Below, one piece after another: positions 8,733-16,151 of a stretch of DNA of 21,579 nucleotides; positions within the stretch are counted from its first letter, which is position 1, and the number at the start of each line of letters is the position of its first letter. This stretch comes from a virus (taxonomy: Duplodnaviria > Heunggongvirae > Uroviricota > Caudoviricetes). A program made the translations under genes and the position numbers. The stretch lies in IMG/VR virus record IMGVR_UViG_3300032245_001714; one strand, 5' to 3'. Below the pieces are notes generated by a model, which was not told the origin of the DNA, searched no databases, and saw nothing but the letters and a program-made list of their open reading frames with translations.

Positions 8733-8768
8733 AAAAAGAAAGCCCAGATTATTCTGGGCTTTCTTTTT
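8733..8768 (+). terminator. intrinsic terminator after the endolysin
   Basis: Perfect 16-bp inverted repeat AAAAAGAAAGCCCAGA-ttat-TCTGGGCTTTCTTTTT. Confidence 0.85.
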
Positions 8769-8845
8769 GATAATCATTAACACTATAGGTTTTGTAGATC
8801 GTTATAATCTAGGTTACTGTGTCTTTTTGTGGGATCCCCTCACGG

Positions 8846-8853
8846 GATATATA
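8846..8853 (+). promoter_or_regulatory. putative phage late promoter GATATATA
   Basis: 21 nt upstream of TTG 8875. Confidence 0.6.
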
Positions 8854-8874
8854 AATCAAAATAATTAATAAAGA

Positions 8875-9876
8875 TTGGCAACAGTTAGATCATTTGCATA
8901 CAACTCGGGAACTGGAGTAACAGGAACAACCCAGGTTGGGTTCATAGCAGCAGGAAACGCGTCTCAGAATTATGGGAGCGGACTTACCTGGTGGAATGGA
9001 CCAGATGAAGATTTAGGCTATGTTATCTGTCACACATCAGGAGCAAGGACTGCAGGTCAGGGAACGATAAACGTGCCTTCGCCTACTATCGGTTTTTGGA
9101 GATCTGCCGCAAAAACTGATAATAGTTTTCTTACCCTCTGTAACAATTTATTTGGACAAAATTTCGCTGACCCTTCAAGTGCTAAAACGTGGTTAAATAC
9201 AAATGGATATTGGACTTCTTACGTTACTACACCAGCAGTGACCCCAGTCCTGTATCTAGACGCCGGTAATCCCGCTAGCTATCCAGGATCAGGCACTACT
9301 TGGACCGACACGATCGGGGGAAAGGTGTTCTACTTTCCTGTCACGCCGGCTTACAGTTCAGCGGATGGAGGTAAATTGTACTTCGACGGTAGTAACATTG
9401 CTGAAGGTTCTCCAAGTTTATCTAGCTTAAGCAATTGGACAGTTGCAGTTTGGCACTACTCCGTTGGGAGTCTTAATACTCCAGTTATATGGGAATCTTA
9501 CGCCTCCTCTGCAAATGTAAACTATCTGTTAGGAAATATTTATAGCGGCTACGGATTCGTAGCTGGATTTAATAGTGGAGCAGTATGGAGAACTACTACT
9601 ACCAGTTATCAGTTAACTGCAAATGCTTGGTCTTACATAGTCGGAACGTATGACGGGGCCACACTGAAGTTGTACGTTAACAATGTATTAATTGATAGCG
9701 CTAATCAGACGGCAGCTAGCGTAAGCTCAGGCGGAAGTATACAGTTAATGGGAAACAGTGAAGCAGGAGAGTATCTGGAAGGGTATTTAGCGACGGTTGG
9801 GATATACAATACTGCATTAACCGCAGGTCAAATTTCGTCAATTTGGAATTCAACGAAATCTAGATTTGGTCTTTAA
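8875..9876 (+). CDS. LamG/concanavalin-A-like lectin domain protein, probable virion component
   Basis: LYLDAGNPASYPGSGTTWTD, WSYIVGTYDGATLKLYVNN and IYNTALTAGQI match LamG-like motifs; Gly/Ser/Thr-rich; TTG start. Confidence 0.8.
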   Translation: MATVRSFAYNSGTGVTGTTQVGFIAAGNASQNYGSGLTWWNGPDEDLGYVICHTSGARTAGQGTINVPSPTIGFWRSAAKTDNSFLTLCNNLFGQNFADPSSAKTWLNTNGYWTSYVTTPAVTPVLYLDAGNPASYPGSGTTWTDTIGGKVFYFPVTPAYSSADGGKLYFDGSNIAEGSPSLSSLSNWTVAVWHYSVGSLNTPVIWESYASSANVNYLLGNIYSGYGFVAGFNSGAVWRTTTTSYQLTANAWSYIVGTYDGATLKLYVNNVLIDSANQTAASVSSGGSIQLMGNSEAGEYLEGYLATVGIYNTALTAGQISSIWNSTKSRFGL

Positions 9877-10046
9877 TAAAAATTAATAGGACCAAAGTAG
9901 ATTGAGCCCTTTAATTCTTTGGTATATTAATACTTCTAAAGACCGGGTCGATCGATCATACAGCAAAAGATGCAGGAAAAAGATATCTAAAAGTAAAGAA
10001 AATCATAAAAACTGGTTCTAATCTTATAGATTAATTAGAAAAGAAA

Positions 10047-10054
10047 AATATATA
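10047..10054 (+). promoter_or_regulatory. putative phage late promoter AATATATA
   Basis: 25 nt upstream of ATG 10080. Confidence 0.55.
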
Positions 10055-10079
10055 AATCAAAAAATTTAAAAGAGAATAA

Positions 10080-10481
10080 ATGAAAACCCCCTTTGTACCT
10101 AACCATCTCCATTTGATTGTTAAAGGATATGTGAAAACCTCTCCAAAGAAAGAGGAGATTCTTAATGATTGGCTAAAAAGGCTAGTAGAAAAAGTTAGAA
10201 TGGTAGTGGTTGCAGGACCAACATCGGTTTATGTTAATGAACCAGGAAACGAGGGGATAACAGGAACAGTGACCCTTGCTACTTCTCACGCAGCTATTCA
10301 TGTCTGGGATAAAGAATCCCCTTCATTGTTTCAATTTGACATCTATTCTTGCAGCTGTTTTTCTGCAGAAGAAGTCCTAGAGCATCTTGACGAATTTGGT
10401 CTATCTTCTTGCGAGTACATCTACATAGATAGAAATAAAGACATGGTGGTTGTGGACCAGAAAAAAATTGCATACAGTTAA
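10080..10481 (+). CDS. speD: S-adenosylmethionine decarboxylase-like pyruvoyl proenzyme (SpeD family; substrate uncertain)
   Basis: HLHLIVKG, GITGTVTLAT|SHAAIHVWD and FDIYSC match class 1b AdoMetDC motifs; Thr instead of Glu before the cleavage Ser. Confidence 0.8.
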   Translation: MKTPFVPNHLHLIVKGYVKTSPKKEEILNDWLKRLVEKVRMVVVAGPTSVYVNEPGNEGITGTVTLATSHAAIHVWDKESPSLFQFDIYSCSCFSAEEVLEHLDEFGLSSCEYIYIDRNKDMVVVDQKKIAYS

Positions 10482-10491
10482 TTCCTGTCAT

Positions 10492-11043
10492 ATGAGATAT
10501 ATTAAACTATTCGAGAATTTCAATAAAGTTTATTATCACGGAAGTGCTAAGAAATTTGACACCTTCGATAGAGGCGTAAGCAACTATTCAGGCACAATAT
10601 ACTTTACAGAAAGTAAACCTTTTGCTATGCAGTTTGCTTCTGATAGAGGAACCGATAAAACCTACTTATACACGGTTGAGCTCTATAATAAAAAATCATT
10701 TGACCCTTTTAATAAATCGGAAAGAGATAAACTAATTCCTGTTCTTAAAGATCTGATACAGAAGAGATATGAAGATAAACAGACTGGTGCAAAATTCTAC
10801 TCTAAGTACATAGTTCTAAATGGTGAATCAATACAAGATCCAGATACTGACCAGTCAGTTCAATATCTCTTATGGAGAATAGAAAACGGATCTTGGAGAA
10901 TAATAGAAAGTCAACCTGTTATAGACTCAATTAGATCAATGGGATATGATTCTATAATAACAATAGAAAAGGGTCAAGAAAACGTAGCCGTTTTTGACCC
11001 TTCATTAATAAAGATTCTCGATATAGAAGAAATAGAAAATTAA
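10492..11043 (+). CDS. ADP-ribosyltransferase-like protein (ART-PolyVal-like) with CTS-like N-terminus; start moved from 10450 to 10492
   Basis: YYHGS...FDTF...IYFT...A..F...LYTVEL...GYDSI...VAVFDP..IK pattern; starts MRYIKLFENF; ATG 10 nt after the speD stop. Confidence 0.7.
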   Translation: MRYIKLFENFNKVYYHGSAKKFDTFDRGVSNYSGTIYFTESKPFAMQFASDRGTDKTYLYTVELYNKKSFDPFNKSERDKLIPVLKDLIQKRYEDKQTGAKFYSKYIVLNGESIQDPDTDQSVQYLLWRIENGSWRIIESQPVIDSIRSMGYDSIITIEKGQENVAVFDPSLIKILDIEEIEN

Positions 11044-11321
11044 CTTGCTAAAGCTTCGTTTATTTTAGCTACTATTTTATCTTTAGGTTGAACCCCCACT
11101 GATTTTTGAATAACCTCTCCATCCTTTAAAAACACGAGAACCGGTATACTCCTAATCTCGTATTTTGCCGTTAATTCCGGTTCGCTGTCAACGTTAATCT
11201 TTTTGATTTCAACGTTTGATCCTTCGACGTTATGCTCTGTCATCAGTGCTTCAATTGCTGGAATCATTGCTCTGCAGGGACCACACCAATCTGCATAAAA
11301 ATCTAATACTTGTACTTTCAT
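11040..11321 (-). CDS. trxA: thioredoxin
   Basis: DFYADWCGPC; YEIRSIP cis-Pro motif; 93 aa. Confidence 0.95.
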   Translation of the reverse strand: MKVQVLDFYADWCGPCRAMIPAIEALMTEHNVEGSNVEIKKINVDSEPELTAKYEIRSIPVLVFLKDGEVIQKSVGVQPKDKIVAKINEALAS

Positions 11322-11352
11322 TTTTACTCTATTTTTTGTTTAATTAAAAATT

Positions 11353-12804
11353 CTAATCTTTTCTAGCTAGAGCTTGTGCTTGCTCTAGATCTTCCACTCC
11401 AAACTTTTGAGCTTGTTGTAAATATCCATTTGTGAAAGTCTTAGGCCTTCTTAAAGCCATATTATTCCATCCGTTGTATTGTGTTGTGTATTTCCAAATC
11501 TGTTCTGTTGTGATCAGATTAGGGTTAACTTTTTTATCGTAAAAATATCCACCAACATTTCCACCTGTTCTATCTGCACCGTGAGCACAATGTATTAAAG
11601 TGTTTCCCTTAAGTAATATTTCATTAACTTTGTCTTGATCTTTAGTTGCGGAAAGCTTATAGAAATTTATCCCAAGATCTTTGGCGATCTGTCTTTCTCT
11701 TTCTATCGAAACTGATTCATATTTAGCTTTGTGCTTTCCGTCCTTTCCATCTCCATTAAGCCTAATTACATTTTTTATTCCATACTTAGAATAAACATTC
11801 TTCATAATGTCTTCTGGAAATTGTGCACTTCTGTAATTTGTTCCTGTCTTATCTGGTATAAGATGAAAGTTAAATTCTTCAGAGATTTTTGGATCGTTCT
11901 TTTCTGGAGATATTTCTTTACCTTCTAAAGGTAATATACCTCCTTCCAAATCTTCCTCTTCTGAGCCTGTCTCGGGTTTATCTGGTGTTATGTTAGAAGT
12001 CCCGCTTCTCTTTGGTGCGTTCTTGCTTCTAGCAGAAGGGTTCTCGCTGTCTAAGGTGTCAATCGAAGGCTGAAATTGGGGTTTAAAATCTGCACCTGTG
12101 ATTTCGTACCATCTGGGTTGGACATCCTTCTTAGCTAACCAGTGATCATTTTCAACCTTATATTTATAAGGATCACCAGGTCTAGCTATAATTCCAATCG
12201 CTGTAACTACACCTTCCGGGTTTACCCCGGGAGAGATCCTCATTCTTGTTGGACTTGTGTATCTCTCAGTCTGAATTGCTTGGTCTATTGCATTTCCTAT
12301 AGTTGCTAAAACCGGTCTATCGCTATGAGCCTCTCTGTCGGTTGCAGAGAATCCTACTGGAGGTTCTATGACAGTTACCCCTAGATTTGAAAAAAGACTA
12401 TAGTATCTCCTAACATTATCTTCGGTGACTCCCCTATTTCCTCCCCATCCCCAAGATCCCTGGATAACCGTAATTTTAGACTCCTGGAATTTTGTTTTTA
12501 TGGAAGAGATTAACCCTGTGATATCCTCTCTTGGATTAAATCCGCCATTGGTTCCTATAGAGATAATTACATTTTTAACTGCTGGACTTACCGGGTATAA
12601 TGAAACTGCGTTTTTTAACCATTTAACTCCCATTCCCTGTTTCCAAAGAGATGCTTCCCCTGGTGTATTTGAGACTAGACCTGCTCCTTTTACATGTTTT
12701 GATATTAGAGGACATAACGAATCTCCTATAATAATATTAGATCCTCCAATCGCACCTTCAAAAATTTGGGAAAAGTCAGAAAAATTATGAATCCGGTTTG
12801 TCAT
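11353..12804 (-). CDS. SGNH/GDSL-hydrolase + Cys-based (tyrosine/dual-specificity) phosphatase fusion, CTS-like N-terminus
   Basis: IIGDSL, ISIGTNG and DREAH (SGNH blocks); NYRSAQ, IKNVIRL and HCAHGADRTG (CX5R P-loop). Confidence 0.75.
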   Translation of the reverse strand: MTNRIHNFSDFSQIFEGAIGGSNIIIGDSLCPLISKHVKGAGLVSNTPGEASLWKQGMGVKWLKNAVSLYPVSPAVKNVIISIGTNGGFNPREDITGLISSIKTKFQESKITVIQGSWGWGGNRGVTEDNVRRYYSLFSNLGVTVIEPPVGFSATDREAHSDRPVLATIGNAIDQAIQTERYTSPTRMRISPGVNPEGVVTAIGIIARPGDPYKYKVENDHWLAKKDVQPRWYEITGADFKPQFQPSIDTLDSENPSARSKNAPKRSGTSNITPDKPETGSEEEDLEGGILPLEGKEISPEKNDPKISEEFNFHLIPDKTGTNYRSAQFPEDIMKNVYSKYGIKNVIRLNGDGKDGKHKAKYESVSIERERQIAKDLGINFYKLSATKDQDKVNEILLKGNTLIHCAHGADRTGGNVGGYFYDKKVNPNLITTEQIWKYTTQYNGWNNMALRRPKTFTNGYLQQAQKFGVEDLEQAQALARKD

Positions 12805-12809
12805 GATAT

Positions 12810-12817
12810 TATATATC
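12810..12817 (-). promoter_or_regulatory. putative phage late promoter GATATATA
   Basis: Only 5 nt upstream of ATG 12804. Confidence 0.5.
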
Positions 12818-12833
12818 TATAAGAAGATTACTC

Positions 12834-13532
12834 CTATTGCCAATATCCATGATGGTTTCTGAAAAATTCAGGATTGTTTCTGTTGAAATAAGATCTGATC
12901 ATAATAGAGAACATCCAGAGAACCCCCTTGTTTCTAAACCTCCTAGCCGATGTCCATACTCTCATTCCACTCATGACTGTAAATCTTTTAGGTGAAACTT
13001 TCTTGGAAAGAGCATAGTCTTCTGCAAAAAGATCCATGGGATCATAACCTCCACACTTCCAGTATATGTCGGTTTTCCAGAGTTGAAATCCACCTATAGC
13101 AAATGGGGTTCCTAGCATCTTACTTATAGATTGAAAAAAATCAAATCCCCTATAAACCCAGTTCCACCCTTTATCAGTTTTCATTCTAAGTGTTAGAAGA
13201 TCAAAATCCGAGTTGATAACTTTCTCCAGAGTTCTTTGATCTGTTAACATTACATCCGAATCGAGAAATAGAACGTATGGGGTTTTTACAAGCTTTGATC
13301 CTTTTAGCCGGGCTTCTGCTGGGTAACCCCCTGGTATGAAATTTAGCTTAATTTTAAAAAAATCTTTCTTTGCTTTTTTTATCCACTCTAAAGATTCGTC
13401 ATCATCCGAACAGTCCGCTACAATAACGTTAGTTCCTCGTACTGAATTTTGGGATTCTATGTGAGATAAGCACTCGTAGAGAATTTCTCTCTCATTCTTT
13501 GAAGGTATGACTATCGTTAAACTATCCTTCAT
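12834..13532 (-). CDS. glycosyltransferase family 2
   Basis: IVIPSKNE, IVADCSDD, LFLDSD (DxD), GGYD...AEDYAL, TSARRF. Confidence 0.88.
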   Translation of the reverse strand: MKDSLTIVIPSKNEREILYECLSHIESQNSVRGTNVIVADCSDDDESLEWIKKAKKDFFKIKLNFIPGGYPAEARLKGSKLVKTPYVLFLDSDVMLTDQRTLEKVINSDFDLLTLRMKTDKGWNWVYRGFDFFQSISKMLGTPFAIGGFQLWKTDIYWKCGGYDPMDLFAEDYALSKKVSPKRFTVMSGMRVWTSARRFRNKGVLWMFSIMIRSYFNRNNPEFFRNHHGYWQ

Positions 13533-14217
13533 ATTTGTGAATAGTGAATTCCCCCTTTTCGTATATCACATAACTATTGTTCTCTATCCAATCCCCGGTG
13601 TTTAAATATCTGATCCCGTCTATATCTCTGTCTTCTGGGTGATGTATATGACCACAAATTACTGTGTGACAATGATGTTTCTTTGCTTGTCTAGTCAATT
13701 CGATCTCAAACTGAGTAATGAACTTAACAGCTTCCTTTACTTTTTGTTTTAAGAACTTAGATAATGATCTTTTCATTCCCAATTTTTTTAGTTTTCTATC
13801 AATTGAGATTGCCAGATCGTAACCAACTGATCCTAAAACACCTAACCATTTCAATTTAACAACACCATCATAAAGATCCCCGTGTGTAATGAATGTGTTT
13901 TTCCAGACATACTCGTTATGAACCTCTATGTTACCAAATGAGAATTCTCCATACTCTCTAAGAAACTCGTCATGGTTCCCTGGGATGTATATTACCCTTG
14001 TTCCATTCTTAGAATACGATAAAATTTTTCTGATTACATTGGTGTGGGATTGTGGCCAGCGAAATTTTCTCTTTAACAGCCAGCCATCTATAATATCGCC
14101 AACGAGAAAAAGAACCTCAGGGTCATATTTCTTGAATAATAACAGAAGTTCTTCTGCATTACTCCCTTTACTTCCTAAATGGACATCGCTAACAAATAAG
14201 GCCTCTATCTTTTGCAT
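13522..14217 (-). CDS. calcineurin-like metallophosphoesterase, LpxH/UDP-2,3-diacylglucosamine hydrolase-like family
   Basis: SDVHLG, GDIIDGW, GNHD, HGD, GHIH and NTGDW motifs; 11-nt overlap with the GT2 start. Confidence 0.85.
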   Translation of the reverse strand: MQKIEALFVSDVHLGSKGSNAEELLLLFKKYDPEVLFLVGDIIDGWLLKRKFRWPQSHTNVIRKILSYSKNGTRVIYIPGNHDEFLREYGEFSFGNIEVHNEYVWKNTFITHGDLYDGVVKLKWLGVLGSVGYDLAISIDRKLKKLGMKRSLSKFLKQKVKEAVKFITQFEIELTRQAKKHHCHTVICGHIHHPEDRDIDGIRYLNTGDWIENNSYVIYEKGEFTIHKYEG

Positions 14218-14234
14218 TTTGTTCTGGTATTTCC

Positions 14235-14242
14235 TATTTATC
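14235..14242 (-). promoter_or_regulatory. variant late-type box GATAAATA
   Basis: One mismatch to RATATATA, 17 nt upstream of ATG 14217; resembles the T4 late TATAAATA. Confidence 0.4.
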
Positions 14243-14314
14243 CTGGATCCGTGGCCCAGGGGGAGATGTTCTACGTTAAGAAATTATTCGCATTATTTTA
14301 TAGCTGTAAAACGC

Positions 14315-14875
14315 TTAAATTAAGTTGGAAATTATCCTCTCCTTTATGCCTGATTGCTTGATCCCCTCATTACTTCTGGGGGTAAGGATAAAATTGTCCA
14401 ATCCAGGATGGAGGAATTCATTAGACATGTTGAGATCATCTACTGCAACCCAAGATTCAACCGCATTTTCCTCTAGCCATTTTTTAATCTCTAGACATCT
14501 TGCTCTTTCAAGCCAGCCTTTCCATGAGAAAATCCACGATGTTTCTTCATCGAATTCAGCCAGGCTAGGTGTAAATGCGATAGGAGGCTTGATGATACCC
14601 TGTTTTTTGTAAAATTCTGATAACTCCTCAAGAGTTGCGTGCATTTTCCAATCGGAAGAAACAACAATTTCAGCTCCAGTGGTTTCCAATATTTCATTTA
14701 GCACCTCAACAGCCTTGGTGTCAAAATTATCGAGACGAACATGCACATCCACCGTTTTCGCATTAAGATCCCAATCGGGATTTTTCATCTTGTACTTTTT
14801 CATCTTCTTGTGTCTACTTCCCCAATTGTTGGAGAGACAAATAACACCATCATGATCTAAAAAAATAACTTTCAT
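14315..14875 (-). CDS. HAD-superfamily phosphatase (Swiss-Army-Knife RNA-repair-like HAD)
   Basis: IFLDHDGV (DxD), IVVSSDWK, EIKKWL, WVAVDDL. Confidence 0.8.
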   Translation of the reverse strand: MKVIFLDHDGVICLSNNWGSRHKKMKKYKMKNPDWDLNAKTVDVHVRLDNFDTKAVEVLNEILETTGAEIVVSSDWKMHATLEELSEFYKKQGIIKPPIAFTPSLAEFDEETSWIFSWKGWLERARCLEIKKWLEENAVESWVAVDDLNMSNEFLHPGLDNFILTPRSNEGIKQSGIKERIISNLI

Positions 14876-14903
14876 GTTCTATGTTTATCTAATGTTCAGA
14901 AAT

Positions 14904-15281
14904 TTATTTTACCACTCTGTGATTTTTTTCAAGATACTCCCAGGTTGATTTAATTGAATTGCATATGGGATTCCCGTTTTCGTCGTGTGCCCCGTATTTG
15001 CTTTTTTCTTTCTCCTCCATTTTTCGGATAGTCCCATCTTTCTCCTTTTTATAAGTATCACCTCTGCTCCAGTCTTTATCTCCAAAATCAGATTCGTAAC
15101 AGAACCAATAGAACCAATCTGCACCATCCTTGCCATAAACCTCCTCTAGTAGAATTTGTATAGCGGAGTGGAGATCGTCATTAAAATCAAAAAGATCAAT
15201 TCCGATCTTATGGGCTTTACTAGAATTCTCTGATGCTTTTTTAATAGAGAGAACAATCTTGGAAAAATTTTTGTACTGCAT
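14904..15281 (-). CDS. hypothetical protein, 125 aa
   Basis: Fits the minus-strand run; protein-like composition. Confidence 0.7.
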   Translation of the reverse strand: MQYKNFSKIVLSIKKASENSSKAHKIGIDLFDFNDDLHSAIQILLEEVYGKDGADWFYWFCYESDFGDKDWSRGDTYKKEKDGTIRKMEEKEKSKYGAHDENGNPICNSIKSTWEYLEKNHRVVK

Positions 15282-15382
15282 ATAAAGTTATATTCCTCCA
15301 GCGGTATTTTGTTTCCTGATATTTTATAAATTGCGTGAGCTGAAGCTATAAGACCAAGACCCATAAACATATATATTATATC

Positions 15383-15598
15383 ATGCAACCAAGTAAAGAA
15401 TATTTAGAAAGTATAGCTAAAAGACTAGAAGCTATGAATCCTGGACTAACTCCAGAAAGTGTAAAGGAGATGAAAAGACCACAGGACACTTCGGGTCTTA
15501 TGGGAGATATAGGATCTGCAGCATTAAACTTTCTTAAAAATAAAAAGGATCAGAATATAGATTCTGATCCTTTATTTCCCGATAGGAATACTTATTAA
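15383..15598 (+). CDS. hypothetical protein, 71 aa
   Basis: Fills the gap between minus-strand genes; ATATATA immediately upstream. Confidence 0.6.
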   Translation: MQPSKEYLESIAKRLEAMNPGLTPESVKEMKRPQDTSGLMGDIGSAALNFLKNKKDQNIDSDPLFPDRNTY

Positions 15599-15602
15599 TT
15601 TT

Positions 15603-16100
15603 CTAATTCAATTTTTTAGGTTTTCGTAAAAGTGAATCTGTATTTGGAACTGGATAAATTGAATCTTTCGGTACTCTTCCAGCCCCGTATATTTTTCTTC
15701 CTTTTAGATCGCTCACGATAACACCATCCATTCTATTTGCCGAATGGACAAATTTATTGTCGTATAGGTAAACCCCAACATGCCACCCGCTTGGACTTTG
15801 CTTGCTTTTAAAGAAAACGAGATCTCCTGTTTTTAGACTGTCCGTTTTAATCTTCTTAGTTTCAGCATATTGACTCTTAGCCGTTCTGGGTAGTGTAACA
15901 CCATAGACAAATTTAATCATCTCTCTGGAAAAGGCAGAACAATCTATACCGCTCTTTTTGGTTCCTCCGTATAAATATTTAACTCCAATCCAACTGTTAA
16001 CAAAACTATCAATCTTGCTTAGATTAACAAATTGAGCTTTAGCTGGCTGAAGACCTGCTAAAAAACAAAGTATAAATAAAAACTTTTTCATTTTTTTCAT
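15603..16100 (-). CDS. NlpC/P60 (C40) peptidoglycan peptidase with signal peptide; start could be 16106, 16100 or 16091
   Basis: YLYGG...GIDCSAF, LPRTA, GDLVFF, HVGVY, FVHS; MKKFLFILCFLAGLQPAKA|Q signal peptide. Confidence 0.88.
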   Translation of the reverse strand: MKKMKKFLFILCFLAGLQPAKAQFVNLSKIDSFVNSWIGVKYLYGGTKKSGIDCSAFSREMIKFVYGVTLPRTAKSQYAETKKIKTDSLKTGDLVFFKSKQSPSGWHVGVYLYDNKFVHSANRMDGVIVSDLKGRKIYGAGRVPKDSIYPVPNTDSLLRKPKKLN

Positions 16101-16151
16101 AATCATAATTTTAATATTGCAAAATAACGGAAAAATTCCATGGGATTTCGT

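Noticed and set aside
9877-10046. 170-nt intergenic region as ncRNA or small ORF
   Set aside because: Only very short ORFs and no convincing stem structure were visible by eye.
13522-14217. Assigning the gene symbol lpxH
   Set aside because: GNHD rather than GNRD and the GT2 context fit the broader LpxH-like family, so the substrate is not established.
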